The notes beneath the pieces were generated by a model. The model was not told the origin of the DNA. It did not search any database and worked only from the letters and a program-made list of their open reading frames with translations. Source: a virus. From it: DNA of 64,000 nucleotides. The stretch spans positions 24,536 to 88,535 of the IMG/VR virus record IMGVR_UViG_3300045988_105861. One strand, 5' to 3'. Position numbers and translations under genes: made by a program. Positions 37,223 through 47,193 of the stretch are shown here, one piece after another (within the stretch, counting starts at the first letter, position 1; each line of letters begins with the position of its first letter).

Positions 37223-38356
37223 TTAATATATGGACTGTTCTTCCTTTACCTCTTGTTCTTGATCTTGATTGTTCGTAACGTCTTCCACAGTATAGAGCTT
37301 GGGCGGCGTCGGCGGCTGGTTGGGGTTCACGAACTTCGTCCCGCCCTCTCCGTACATCCATCCATGCCCCGGCAGGATCTCTGGGTGGATTGTATTAGTA
37401 AGCTCTTCCATACTAACTTGCCTTACCTTCAGTATATGATGAAACACCAGTCCGGCTGTCCTGAATGATGTTTTGTTTTCAGTTTTAAACCGGTCAAGAG
37501 TCTGATACCAGTCTTTCCCAAATATCATATACTTGTCCAGCCCGTATCTGCGAGGATTATGCAAACCTATCATTAACGTACATAGTTGCCCCAGCGTATC
37601 AGACTGATAAAAGTCAGAAAGACGGGGAGGCTGCTCTTGAGGGCTTTTTATCCTTCCTTCTATCTCTCTGTTGAATTGGGATATGATGAGGAAAAATATG
37701 TTTTTATATACTAATTTAGCCTCGTTCATAACCGCCACCAAATCATCTATAGCCGACTTAGGATCCAATCCCATTCTTTTTATCAAAGCAATATGATCGA
37801 CTTTAAATATTATAAGACGTTTGTCTTTGTGTTTGGTAGCTATATGATACACGGCCGCCTCAAACTCTTTTACCGTACACGGAGCATCGATGTATATTAT
37901 ATTATTTCTAATTTCACCTTGAAGGATTTCAAACATCCTCATCTCTTCTACTGTATTAGAATCTTGCCTTCTTAATATTTCAGGAGCCCGTTTTTTCATA
38001 TCCTGGCTCATTCTGCGAAGAAGAAGATCTTGAGGATTCATTTCGAACTCGCAATTGACAAGAAAATAATCTTCTGCTTGCGGGTTGATCATCGGATTCA
38101 TCACATTTTCCAATATCTTTTGGGCCACATACGATTTACCTACAGACGGGCGGGCTCCTATGGCAATAGCATGCTGAGGAAAAATACCTCCAAGCAAAGC
38201 CTCATCAATATAATCGTATCCGGTTTTAGCGGGGATAAGCTCTCCCCGCCTGTATTTTAAGATATTCTCATACGCCTCTTCCATAACCTGTTTAGAGGTT
38301 TTGAATATCCTTCTTATATCTATCCTATTTGCTATCTCCTCTTGCATTTTTGTCAC
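37223..38356 (-). CDS. DnaB-like replicative helicase (RecA-like C-terminal domain).
   Basis: Walker A GARPSVGKS (DnaB GARPSMGKT), Walker B IIFKVDHIALI, H3 motif ISQFNRE (DnaB LSQLNR). AAGGTG Shine-Dalgarno 7 nt upstream. Confidence 0.8.
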   Translation of the reverse strand: MTKMQEEIANRIDIRRIFKTSKQVMEEAYENILKYRRGELIPAKTGYDYIDEALLGGIFPQHAIAIGARPSVGKSYVAQKILENVMNPMINPQAEDYFLVNCEFEMNPQDLLLRRMSQDMKKRAPEILRRQDSNTVEEMRMFEILQGEIRNNIIYIDAPCTVKEFEAAVYHIATKHKDKRLIIFKVDHIALIKRMGLDPKSAIDDLVAVMNEAKLVYKNIFFLIISQFNREIEGRIKSPQEQPPRLSDFYQSDTLGQLCTLMIGLHNPRRYGLDKYMIFGKDWYQTLDRFKTENKTSFRTAGLVFHHILKVRQVSMEELTNTIHPEILPGHGWMYGEGGTKFVNPNQPPTPPKLYTVEDVTNNQDQEQEVKEEQSIY

Positions 38357-38603
38357 CTTTTGTATCCGATTTGGATCCCCTATTAGCTTTTACTGATTTA
38401 TACCTAAGACCATTCTTGGTATGAGAACAATCCTTGCCTTTCCTCCAGCCCTTGCCCTTCTTCTTGTCCGTTTCGTAGTTTTTACGACCAAGCTCCCGGC
38501 GTTTGGCTTTCTGTTCCGGTCTGGCATTTATCTCCTTGTCCTTTTTAGCCTTTTTCTTCCTGGCTTCGGGATGAGTCCTGTAGTACTCTGTCGATCTACC
38601 CAT
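38325..38603 (-). CDS. Highly basic K/R-rich small protein (92 aa). Possible nucleic-acid-binding protein, or a spurious ORF.
   Basis: Fills the 300-bp gap between the DnaB-like and zinc-finger genes. Composition is about one-third K+R. Confidence 0.35.
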   Translation of the reverse strand: MGRSTEYYRTHPEARKKKAKKDKEINARPEQKAKRRELGRKNYETDKKKGKGWRKGKDCSHTKNGLRYKSVKANRGSKSDTKGDKNARGDSK

Positions 38604-38652
38604 GTGCTTATATTTTTGGTTAATAATAGCACAAAGATAGACAATTCGCGCC

Positions 38653-39219
38653 CTATTTCAATCTGCCGTAACTCATATCAGGATCACACCAGACATACCC
38701 GTCTTTCTCATCATGAAGATACTCAGGGCATCCTCTGCATGCGCTACTGCCTGACACTATTTGGTTGTTCTTATTAGGGCACTTATCTCCAGGCTTATGC
38801 CATTCTATTCTCGAACCTGATCGTTCTTTGTTTACATGACAGAACTGAAAGACTTTTCCCATCGTCTTCTCGCCGAACATACCTATATGTGTGTATTCTT
38901 CCGGTATAGATAGAAATTCGGATAAATCTTTATACATCCTTTCCCGTTCCTCCGGCGTAGACCATAGTCTATCAAGTTCGGCATGGACTCTTATCTTAAG
39001 AGACCTCAGTGATGGCCCCGCAAGCCGGCCTTTAGCTTTTCCCTTATTCGGCCCTGATTCATGAACACCGACATAAGCATTGCATGGTTTACACATCATA
39101 ACCATCCCTAAGCCTTTTCTGCTATATATTTTATCGGCATTGACCAACTCGGTTTCTCTTCCGCAATAAGGGCAAATTTCGCCTCTTAAAATCCGTTGTT
39201 GCCGCACATTGAGTTCCAT
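38653..39219 (-). CDS. Zinc-ribbon protein (188 aa).
   Basis: CPYCG...CKPC and a second C...C/H cluster (SSACRGCPEYLH). Confidence 0.55.
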   Translation of the reverse strand: MELNVRQQRILRGEICPYCGRETELVNADKIYSRKGLGMVMMCKPCNAYVGVHESGPNKGKAKGRLAGPSLRSLKIRVHAELDRLWSTPEERERMYKDLSEFLSIPEEYTHIGMFGEKTMGKVFQFCHVNKERSGSRIEWHKPGDKCPNKNNQIVSGSSACRGCPEYLHDEKDGYVWCDPDMSYGRLK

Positions 39220-39461
39220 ACTCTATCCTTTTGTTTCTCTTTAAACTTTTCATACAAACTGCTTTCAGTTTCCATTTCCGAGATCTCCACCTCTACGTCC
39301 TCTCTTTTGAAAATTACTTTCTTGGCTGTAGGATACGCACATTTAGAGATACGAATAGCATTACGAATAGCGTAAACAAAATACGTTTCTGGTGACGATT
39401 CGATCACCACTACCTCGTTTAAAGTGTTTTTGTAATTTTCCATATTATCTGCTTGCTTCAA
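39186..39461 (-). CDS. Hypothetical protein (91 aa).
   Basis: ORF. Confidence 0.45.
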   Translation of the reverse strand: MKQADNMENYKNTLNEVVVIESSPETYFVYAIRNAIRISKCAYPTAKKVIFKREDVEVEISEMETESSLYEKFKEKQKDRVWNSMCGNNGF

Positions 39462-39798
39462 TTATATAACCTGGATTATCTTCACACGCCTCTTTGTATT
39501 TGATAAGAAACTTAAGAAATGAATCATAAGCCCCCCATCCGTTTTCTGGTTCGTATTTCAAAAGACTTTTTCTCTTGGAGATCATAATACATATACCTTT
39601 TGTAAGTACATTCTTCATCTCATCGGTATCTATTTCCCTACCCAATTCTTCTGGTCTCCAAACATAATCGTACAGCGTTTCTTTATTTTCTGATACGAAT
39701 ATTCTTTGTGCCATCTTGTTCATGTTGTGGGTGATGTTCGCAACCCATTCACGATCCTCTTCTTTCTTCTTACTTTTAATATAAACGTCCAGGCTCAT
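39445..39798 (-). CDS. Hypothetical protein (117 aa).
   Basis: ORF. Confidence 0.5.
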   Translation of the reverse strand: MSLDVYIKSKKKEEDREWVANITHNMNKMAQRIFVSENKETLYDYVWRPEELGREIDTDEMKNVLTKGICIMISKRKSLLKYEPENGWGAYDSFLKFLIKYKEACEDNPGYIIEASR

Positions 39799-40789
39799 AC
39801 TGTTTTTCTTTTACCTTGTTATTGATTATCAAATCTGCCACATCATCTCCGTCTCCTACATTTTCAACATTTTGAAGATAGTCTGATACTTTTATCCTTG
39901 ACTTCATCATCATCCCATCTATCTTTTTACTCCATGTCTCAAATGCTTGTCCTTTGTCCGGAAAAGCTACAGTCTTTCTATCTTTTAAAACATCTATCAC
40001 TTCCGGCCTTAGGTTCTGCAACCCACCGGTAGCTACAAATAACTCATCCGGTTTATTCACGGCACATATAATAGCCGTCTTTTCTGATTCCACCAGATTA
40101 ACCACCTTATCCGGATACTGGCTTAGAAGATGCTCTCCGAACAGGCATTGTCTAAACAAGAAGTCCCTTGCATGCAACGAATGATAAAACATAACATGAG
40201 GCCGCTCATTGTCACCGTCTTTTTCTTTCACTCTTTTTACATCAATCTCATTCCCCTGGCTGTCGGTCTTTATATAAAAGTCCATGATCTTGCCGGTTCT
40301 ACATACAAAGTCCTTATCTATCTGCCAGAATATACAACATCCTTTCCATCCCCATAAGTCCATTGTTCCGACATGATACCTTCTGAACACATCAGATACC
40401 CTTTCTTTTCCCCATAGAGACGATAAAAATCTAAATACGGTGTTTCTATCGTCTGGAACCACAGTCCTCTCAAACTCGCTAAAAGGTATGTAATTTACAA
40501 CGTCAGGATTTACAGGAGGACGATAAGCTCTTATACACTTGTTTCCCGAAATCCAAAGATCTTTGTCACCTACATCCTTACCAGTAGGTCGTTTATCGTA
40601 ACCGCAAGTCCGTTCATGATCGCATCTTCCGAACTCGTTTCCAACAACCTGACCTGTTGCCACATCAATATAAGGGGTGAGGCACCGGCTTTTCCCGCAA
40701 GCCGGGCAGGTCAGCTTTAGTCGGCTCCTGCCAGGCCTGCGGTCAAGTTGAAACCGGGGTACGTTTTCGTATCTTCTAAAATCAAGCAT
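39776..40789 (-). CDS. DNA primase (N-terminal zinc ribbon plus TOPRIM-like core).
   Basis: CPACGKSRCLTPY...GRCDHERTCGY zinc-binding motif as in phage primase Zn-ribbons. VESEKTAI and FPDKG resemble TOPRIM E and D motifs. Confidence 0.65.
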   Translation of the reverse strand: MLDFRRYENVPRFQLDRRPGRSRLKLTCPACGKSRCLTPYIDVATGQVVGNEFGRCDHERTCGYDKRPTGKDVGDKDLWISGNKCIRAYRPPVNPDVVNYIPFSEFERTVVPDDRNTVFRFLSSLWGKERVSDVFRRYHVGTMDLWGWKGCCIFWQIDKDFVCRTGKIMDFYIKTDSQGNEIDVKRVKEKDGDNERPHVMFYHSLHARDFLFRQCLFGEHLLSQYPDKVVNLVESEKTAIICAVNKPDELFVATGGLQNLRPEVIDVLKDRKTVAFPDKGQAFETWSKKIDGMMMKSRIKVSDYLQNVENVGDGDDVADLIINNKVKEKQYEPGRLY

Positions 40790-40798
40790 AATGCTTAT

Positions 40799-42118
40799 TT
40801 ATATTACAAATCTTTTAGACATTTCCTCAGCAATATCATATACGACAATATGATCCTCTTCATTGTAAGGCTTATTGATATTCAGCACTCCCTTTCTCAC
40901 TTTGAACCTCTTGTCTTTTCTGATATGATTCAACATCCCTTGTTGGAATACACAGTCTGCCTTCTCCATAGCAGCATTTTTATCAGACCATTCTTTTAGC
41001 GTATAACCTTTACTGTTCGTGCTTTTTGGAGAAAAATTCATAATACGTGCATCAATTCCGTACCAGTTTTTAACCATTCTCCTTTCAGCCTCCAATTGAA
41101 AAGCATGTTCATTTCGTATGTCACCTGATTTAAAATCTAAGATAACAATCTCTTCTTTCTCCACTTCTCTCACTTCCTTCTTCGGATCTCCTTTTTTGAA
41201 CTGCCCCGTAGCCCTTTGATACACGGCTCCAAAATAACCTTCTTCTTTGTACTTGAATGTCATTTTAACCATCGCATCTATCGGCGTAGCTACCAAATAA
41301 TCTTCTAATGATAATATTCTTTCAATCATCATCGGCTTAACCTTATACTCCGAACAAAATTTAGCAAACTTCATAACCCTAACAATCATATCGTCAAGAT
41401 CATCTATGCTACCAAAGAATTTGTCAAGATTCTTTTTTGATATTTTAAGCTTGCCTTCTTGCACTGTCTTAACTATAAAACTTCGATTTAAGACCATATC
41501 TCTACCTGTCAAGTATAATCCGTATAGGTAGTGCATGATCGTTCCTTTATCTGCATCATATTCTGATACTTCTTCCGGATTGCGACCAATCATCCTCATC
41601 TCCTGTCTCCATTCTTGAAGAGCCGTTTTGTCATCTACGAATCCGTCTCTGATCATGGTTGTTACCGAGGCGTATATCTTGGCTGTCCCATCGTCCATCT
41701 TTCTTACATAAAAACGATTACCGTCTAATGTCAATCTTACGAATTTGGGAGTCTCGATCTTCTTTAACTCATCACAGATATAAAACGGCTCTAACGTTTC
41801 CTGATTTTCTGTAAACGGATTCGAATCTTCTTCTCCAGGATTAGGAGCAGCTTCCTCTGCCGGAGCTTCCGGTTCTTCTCCCTGGGCCTGCTCTGGCTCA
41901 GGCGCCGGCTCTTCAACTACTGGAACCTGTCCACCTCTTTCCGCTATGTCTCTTCTCTTTATTAAAGACATAACCTCCTTCTTCAACTGCTCTGGTGTTT
42001 GGTTAGGATCTGACACCGACATCACAACATCGTTCATTCTAAACAACGTATTTCCTTCTCCTTCCACCATAGGTACAAACCCTAAATCTGTTAATATTTT
42101 AATCTTTTCTTCTATCAT
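40799..42118 (-). CDS. Second PD-(D/E)XK-like nuclease candidate (439 aa) with an acidic Pro/Glu-rich N-terminal linker.
   Basis: PIDAMVK ... ILDFKSGDI (compare VIDWKSG in the 31315-32334 nuclease). The linker EPAPEPEQAQGEEPEAPAEEAAPNPGEE is encoded by a GC-rich patch. Confidence 0.5.
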   Translation of the reverse strand: MIEEKIKILTDLGFVPMVEGEGNTLFRMNDVVMSVSDPNQTPEQLKKEVMSLIKRRDIAERGGQVPVVEEPAPEPEQAQGEEPEAPAEEAAPNPGEEDSNPFTENQETLEPFYICDELKKIETPKFVRLTLDGNRFYVRKMDDGTAKIYASVTTMIRDGFVDDKTALQEWRQEMRMIGRNPEEVSEYDADKGTIMHYLYGLYLTGRDMVLNRSFIVKTVQEGKLKISKKNLDKFFGSIDDLDDMIVRVMKFAKFCSEYKVKPMMIERILSLEDYLVATPIDAMVKMTFKYKEEGYFGAVYQRATGQFKKGDPKKEVREVEKEEIVILDFKSGDIRNEHAFQLEAERRMVKNWYGIDARIMNFSPKSTNSKGYTLKEWSDKNAAMEKADCVFQQGMLNHIRKDKRFKVRKGVLNINKPYNEEDHIVVYDIAEEMSKRFVI

Positions 42119-42291
42119 CTCAATTTCTCAATTAATTCCTCTTTAACATAATACAACACAGTTACAACCTCATCAATATCTGCGGCTGCTCTCTCAAAAT
42201 CAATCAATCTCTCACTATCTCCTCTTTTTATGTTGGCAATGAAAATAACTTCATCGTCAGCTTCTATCGTAACCTTATATTTTTTTCTCAT
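42115..42291 (-). CDS. Small unlisted ORF (58 aa) whose start codon lies inside copy 2 of the 370-bp repeat. Its stop overlaps the next ATG (ATGA).
   Basis: Translated by hand: MRKKYKVTIEADDEVIFIANIKRGDSERLIDFERAAADIDEVVTVLYYVKEELIEKLR. Confidence 0.35.
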   Translation of the reverse strand: MRKKYKVTIEADDEVIFIANIKRGDSERLIDFERAAADIDEVVTVLYYVKEELIEKLR

Positions 42292-42656
42292 ATCCCATAT
42301 TCTATTAAATATATTTAAGGCTATTCGTATGTTTTAATACATCCCCTCAGAGACCTTTCGGTCTCCTTGGTAGATGTAAATCCCGTTAGGGATAAGTCAG
42401 GAATATTTCATCCTGTTAGTACCCATCGCCAATGTTATAAGAGGTTTTAATGCAAGCAACACTGTTCCCAAAATACAAGAACTGTTTAATCACTTACCTT
42501 AGAGCTACAGACTTGGGTAAACATCCGTAGGTAACTATATATTCTCAAATAACGTAGCCTTTGTTTCAAGGCTTAGGCTAATAACCCGATCTCTGAAAGA
42601 GATGTATTAAACTTTTATAATAGAATTATATTGGTTTAATACTATTTGGGGTTATA
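42289..42656. repeat. Dispersed ~370-bp repeat, copy 2 (leader of the small ORF at 42291).
   Basis: Aligns with 32676-33049. Confidence 0.85.
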
Positions 42657-43154
42657 CCTATCAATTATTTCAATAATCAATCTACCTCTTTCTTTGATCA
42701 TTCCCCTGCTTTCCATATCCATTACCTTCTTTACCGCATATTTCCACACAAAAGGAAATTCTGTTTCAAGTTTATCAAATTCCATCCGGTCAAGATACAT
42801 GTCGAATACCGTATGCTCCGATTCATGTAGAAAAACTATATTATCTCTGCAAGTGGCAACCGACTTATATATCCTTTTTGGAAGTATGTGACATACGTTA
42901 CATACTGTAGGAAAATGAATAGCCTTACCGGTCATAGACATTCGAATACTATTCAACTCCTCCAGCATAAGACGAAAAAACCCGGATAAATCCGGGTTCT
43001 CTAACTTTTTCTTCTTGCTGTTGTTTTTAATGGATGTAATTCTGTCTTTTTTCTTCGGAGTCAACTCTTTGCTCCTGCAAGCCTGGCATAAGCCATGACT
43101 TCTTATCATTACTTTTCGTCCGCATCTTTCACAGGCGTACAATTTCTTTTCCAC
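42642..43154 (-). CDS. Zinc-ribbon protein (170 aa) with a GTG start.
   Basis: CERCGRK...CQAC plus C..CH clusters. Function unknown. Confidence 0.55.
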   Translation of the reverse strand: MEKKLYACERCGRKVMIRSHGLCQACRSKELTPKKKDRITSIKNNSKKKKLENPDLSGFFRLMLEELNSIRMSMTGKAIHFPTVCNVCHILPKRIYKSVATCRDNIVFLHESEHTVFDMYLDRMEFDKLETEFPFVWKYAVKKVMDMESRGMIKERGRLIIEIIDRYNPK

Positions 43155-43158
43155 TTTC

Positions 43159-43200
43159 TATATTTAGATACAAGTGATATATATTTAGATACAAGTGATA
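43159..43200. repeat. 21-bp tandem duplication (TATATTTAGATACAAGTGATA x2) immediately upstream of the start at 43154.
   Basis: Two perfect adjacent copies. Candidate operator or duplicated promoter element. Confidence 0.8.
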
Positions 43201-43352
43201 TAGTTGAAAAGGATACCGCCGTTAAAGACAACGTATATGGTAAGTTCATTAACCATCTTGGTACCTCTTCTGTCTTAATCACTATCAGCAAAGTAGCACC
43301 TGCTACTACCAATAATACAATTGCCGTCGCAAGTGCTACACGGGAAACAACA

Positions 43353-43823
43353 TCACTCATCAGTTTTCTTTTCTCCCAATTTTTCTACGCCTTTTTGCAG
43401 ATCGTATTTAAATACTTCAATGATTTTCGTTTCTACAATAGACTCGCAATTCCAGTCTCCCAACGTACCCTGCATGCCTTTAGTCAACACAGCTTCGGCA
43501 TCCTTAGGATTGCCGGCCTGGACATACATATAGCATGGAGTTTTCTTTTCTTTACCTTTCTTTTCATCCAGTGTAATGTAATTTACCTTACACTTAAACC
43601 AGTACTCAGCTTCTCCGTTGAAGAAGATTTCCGACACTTTAATAGGATTTATTTTAACAATATCGAACTCGTTAAATAAATCCTTGAAAATCTCTAAAGA
43701 TCTTGATTCTGCCTCTGTATAAGACAAGGCATCTACCAAATACTTTTCAGTTACTTTCTTTTTTTTGCCGTTCTCGATATTATCAATCTCGGCTTTTACC
43801 GTAATTTCAAACCAGCGATTCAT
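43353..43823 (-). CDS. Hypothetical protein (156 aa).
   Basis: ORF. Confidence 0.55.
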   Translation of the reverse strand: MNRWFEITVKAEIDNIENGKKKKVTEKYLVDALSYTEAESRSLEIFKDLFNEFDIVKINPIKVSEIFFNGEAEYWFKCKVNYITLDEKKGKEKKTPCYMYVQAGNPKDAEAVLTKGMQGTLGDWNCESIVETKIIEVFKYDLQKGVEKLGEKKTDE

Positions 43824-43834
43824 TGTATTAATAT

Positions 43835-44143
43835 TTAATTAGTTGATTTCTTTCCTTTCTCTATACTATTTTTAAATCTTTCAGAACACCACTGCAAAAC
43901 ATCCATCATCATCATCTCATTATTAGATAAGATGCCTTTTATAATTAACGCCAATTGATGCTGTGACATTCTTAGGCTCATATCAAATCTTCTTTCCTCT
44001 TCATTTACTATCGTGGCTACGAAATACTTACACCCCTCTAAGTGCGTCAGGGCTTCAATCATAGCTTCTTTTATCTCTTTTTCTTCCATTCTGTTTGTTT
44101 TTTTGGACAAAGATATGTCTTTTGACAATAAAAAAAGATTCAA
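43835..44143 (-). CDS. Hypothetical protein (102 aa).
   Basis: ORF. Confidence 0.5.
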   Translation of the reverse strand: MNLFLLSKDISLSKKTNRMEEKEIKEAMIEALTHLEGCKYFVATIVNEEERRFDMSLRMSQHQLALIIKGILSNNEMMMMDVLQWCSERFKNSIEKGKKSTN

Positions 44144-44166
44144 AATGATTTAATTTAGCTTAATTA

Positions 44167-44832
44167 CTACTCTTTTGATTCGTCCGGCATAGGTATGTCA
44201 AACTTTTTCCTGATAAACGATTCTGTTTCTTCATTGAATGGATAGGCCTCCTTAATAAAATTCATAGCTACCTCCATATCACCGTCTGCTATATCTTTAT
44301 ACCTTTCAAAGATGCCAACCAGGTCATTGTTATATGAACGCTCTTGTTTTATGTTGTACACGTATTTCAACACCCTGTCTTTAATTTCATTGGCATTTTT
44401 CAAAGTGTTATTGAAGGAATTTATACTTTCCAATTCTGGATCTTGGTTTTCCTTGTTTACCTTATTAAACTCTTCTTTGCTATACCCCGCTTCCCCTTTA
44501 ATAGCCGGGCAAACACTTTCTTTTATGATCCAAAACTGTTCATACGATCCTGTCAGAAACCTTGATTCTATTTTAAATGCATTATATTTAACAAGCAAAT
44601 TAGCCACCTCAGTTGCACCTTCTATGGTTCTAAAACCGATGCCGACATCTTTTAACATAAATACTGGAACTCCCGTTCTTGGATACACGACTTCTTTTTC
44701 GTTCTTTATATTCCAATTTTTAGCTTCAATTGGAATACCCTTACCAACAAGCTCTTTGTCTATATACAGACTTATCTCTTCGTCTGTCAATGCCACAATC
44801 TCATCTCTGCTTAAATCAAAAACTGTTTTCAT
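44167..44832 (-). CDS. Hypothetical protein (221 aa).
   Basis: ORF. Confidence 0.6.
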   Translation of the reverse strand: MKTVFDLSRDEIVALTDEEISLYIDKELVGKGIPIEAKNWNIKNEKEVVYPRTGVPVFMLKDVGIGFRTIEGATEVANLLVKYNAFKIESRFLTGSYEQFWIIKESVCPAIKGEAGYSKEEFNKVNKENQDPELESINSFNNTLKNANEIKDRVLKYVYNIKQERSYNNDLVGIFERYKDIADGDMEVAMNFIKEAYPFNEETESFIRKKFDIPMPDESKE

Positions 44833-45032
44833 TTCTTTTTATTTATTAAATTAAACAATCTACCTCTTTGTTCAGGCTCCGTATATTCCACCCATATATC
44901 GGCTGCCACATTTCTAAGAAATTCCATAAAGTCTTGATGATCCCTGTATTCAGCAGAATCAACTTTTCTCACAAAACTTAGAATTTCCTTTAACATCTTA
45001 TTGTTTTCTTCAAGAAGTTCTCTGTCAGTCAT
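44829..45032 (-). CDS. Small hypothetical protein (67 aa).
   Basis: ORF overlapping by 4 nt. Confidence 0.45.
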   Translation of the reverse strand: MTDRELLEENNKMLKEILSFVRKVDSAEYRDHQDFMEFLRNVAADIWVEYTEPEQRGRLFNLINKKK

Positions 45033-45080
45033 AACCTTTCATATTTTCTTCTTTTCGCTTTCCATATTGTTTATCTTGTT

Positions 45081-45323
45081 TTAGGGTAATAAATCTTTGA
45101 TGTATGCCCAACGCAAAATCTTGTTGTAATAGCAAGATTTTACCCATTCATATTCAGAACGCCAATCAATACAAATGCAGACATTTCCGTCTATATCCAT
45201 GTGTTCAACCAAACAATCCTTTCCTGGTTCAGCTATGTCACTCGGTTTGTGCCATACGCTGTTAATGCGCCACTCTGCACCAGCTTTAAAAAGAGGAACA
45301 GCATATTCTATATCTTGTTTCAT
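45081..45323 (-). CDS. Small hypothetical protein (80 aa).
   Basis: ORF. Confidence 0.45.
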   Translation of the reverse strand: MKQDIEYAVPLFKAGAEWRINSVWHKPSDIAEPGKDCLVEHMDIDGNVCICIDWRSEYEWVKSCYYNKILRWAYIKDLLP

Positions 45324-45367
45324 GTCTTATTATTGTTTAATTAATTTAAATATTTTTAGTTTTGAAA

Positions 45368-45613
45368 TTATTTAATATGCTTATCGGCTGGATTGATTAT
45401 CAATCCATCGTCACATGAAGGGAATGATATGTTAGATTCTCCATTATCAAGATTAGTCAGTTTAACCGTTCCAGCATATTCATCATCCACAAAAAACAAT
45501 TGACCCGAAGAAACCACAAACCTGCATTGATATGCATTCATCATTGTCCCAAGTTGTCTAATCTTAGTTTTAATCTCTAAAAGTTGAGCGTTGTTGATTA
45601 TATTCTTATTCAT
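45368..45613 (-). CDS. Small hypothetical protein (81 aa).
   Basis: ORF. Confidence 0.45.
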   Translation of the reverse strand: MNKNIINNAQLLEIKTKIRQLGTMMNAYQCRFVVSSGQLFFVDDEYAGTVKLTNLDNGESNISFPSCDDGLIINPADKHIK

Positions 45614-45619
45614 ATTTTA

Positions 45620-45760
45620 TTAAAGTTTATCTATTATTTTGTTACCCATTTCCTGCCATTCATCACTCACGCTTATAACCAATCCTATGACAGTTGATGA
45701 TAATAACAACGTAAAAATAAGCCATAACAGAAAGCAGATAAAAACACATACATACCTCAT
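45620..45760 (-). CDS. Unlisted small membrane protein (47 aa).
   Basis: Translated by hand: MRYVCVFICFLLWLIFTLLLSSTVIGLVISVSDEWQEMGNKIIDKL. One transmembrane helix. Exactly fills the gap between flanking genes. Confidence 0.4.
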   Translation of the reverse strand: MRYVCVFICFLLWLIFTLLLSSTVIGLVISVSDEWQEMGNKIIDKL

Positions 45761-45768
45761 GATTTTTT

Positions 45769-46515
45769 TTAGTTGTTAGATAAAAGCAAAATCGGTTCAT
45801 TTGACTCCGCAATTGCTTTTATTTGTTCTGGATTGATAAAACTCTTAACTTGTTCGCTTATATTACAAATGGACTTGATCATATCAACGAATAATTTCGA
45901 GGTACATTCATTACACTCCACTTCCATTACCTGTTTATGTCTATTGTATGATATGCTCGTTACACAATTCAGCCAGTGCGCATAAGTTCCTTTTTCTGTA
46001 TTTAACCTGCCGTATTCTACTTTTGTCTCTCCATTTCCATATTTAATTACTCTTTTTAGAAATGGTTTTGCATAAATACTAAAACCGAAAGGTTCGGCAT
46101 TTAAAGCATCTAAACGAGAAGTTCCATCTCTCCATTCTCCATTCTCATAGTTCCCTGTCCATTCCACAGAGGGGTTAGGAACAATGTTTCCGTTTTTGTC
46201 ATAGGCAAATGAACATAGAGTTTCTAACTGATACTTAATAACAGGTACTTCTTCTACTATTTTATAACTCAAACATCTCTTCAGAACTTTCCTGATTTGA
46301 CTCACCAGATCAGAAAATGATGTGCTATTGAAATATCCTTCGTTACCTAATCTGTTTGTAGGTAATTTGATCCCATAAGAACGAATCTTATCCACATCTT
46401 CTTTTGATAAAGTAGTGGTAACCACTCCTTTTTTGGTGATATTCACTTTAACAGTTACAGATAAACTGTTGTTATCATTCTTTTCCGTTATATTTAGTGT
46501 TGTTAATACTGCCAT
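45769..46515 (-). CDS. Hypothetical protein (248 aa).
   Basis: ORF. Confidence 0.6.
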   Translation of the reverse strand: MAVLTTLNITEKNDNNSLSVTVKVNITKKGVVTTTLSKEDVDKIRSYGIKLPTNRLGNEGYFNSTSFSDLVSQIRKVLKRCLSYKIVEEVPVIKYQLETLCSFAYDKNGNIVPNPSVEWTGNYENGEWRDGTSRLDALNAEPFGFSIYAKPFLKRVIKYGNGETKVEYGRLNTEKGTYAHWLNCVTSISYNRHKQVMEVECNECTSKLFVDMIKSICNISEQVKSFINPEQIKAIAESNEPILLLSNN

Positions 46516-46533
46516 AATCAGATCTTTTTAAAA

Positions 46534-46785
46534 TCAATTTGAATAAATATAATGCATTCCTGCTTCATATACCTTATGTACATCAGGGTCATTCTTGTCT
46601 TCCGGTTCCAATTCACTCTCTTCACAAGTATAATCCCATTCAGAGTTGTAGTACATATCCTCGTCTGTTTTCTCCAAGGAGCAATCTTTCATTAGATTCA
46701 TATTTTCTCCCCAGACTGCAACTTCTTTCTGTTGCTCTTCTTCTGTCATAAGAGATATTTTGTCTTTCAATTCTTTCCAGGTCAT
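46534..46785 (-). CDS. Small acidic protein (83 aa).
   Basis: ORF. Confidence 0.45.
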   Translation of the reverse strand: MTWKELKDKISLMTEEEQQKEVAVWGENMNLMKDCSLEKTDEDMYYNSEWDYTCEESELEPEDKNDPDVHKVYEAGMHYIYSN

Positions 46786-46809
46786 GATTTTTAAAAGATG
46801 ATTAATAGT

Positions 46810-47193
46810 TTATTCTACATCAAAAAGTTGATCTAACACTAATAATTCTGCATCCATATCTTCGTCTTTCGGGAAACGAACTTTTATGTTTCCAAACTTA
46901 GATGTCTTAAACAAGATGTAGGGGTTCATGTCTTCGGCAGTCACCGGCTTATACTCCTTAACTTCCGACATCTTGAGATACCAGTCACCTATTTTTACAA
47001 ACCCAGAAAAGATAGAACACAGATGCGCTTTTACAGACTGTATCTCCTTTTTATCTTTGAAAGGTATAATTTCGTCCTTTCCCCTTATCCTGATTGACAA
47101 GAAAGGACGAATGTTATCTGTTTCATTTTGAAATTTGAAGCCTGTTATGGCTTGCTTGGGGATTCTTCTTCCCATTAATATAAAATAGCTCAT
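46810..47193 (-). CDS. Hypothetical protein (127 aa).
   Basis: ORF. Confidence 0.55.
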   Translation of the reverse strand: MSYFILMGRRIPKQAITGFKFQNETDNIRPFLSIRIRGKDEIIPFKDKKEIQSVKAHLCSIFSGFVKIGDWYLKMSEVKEYKPVTAEDMNPYILFKTSKFGNIKVRFPKDEDMDAELLVLDQLFDVE

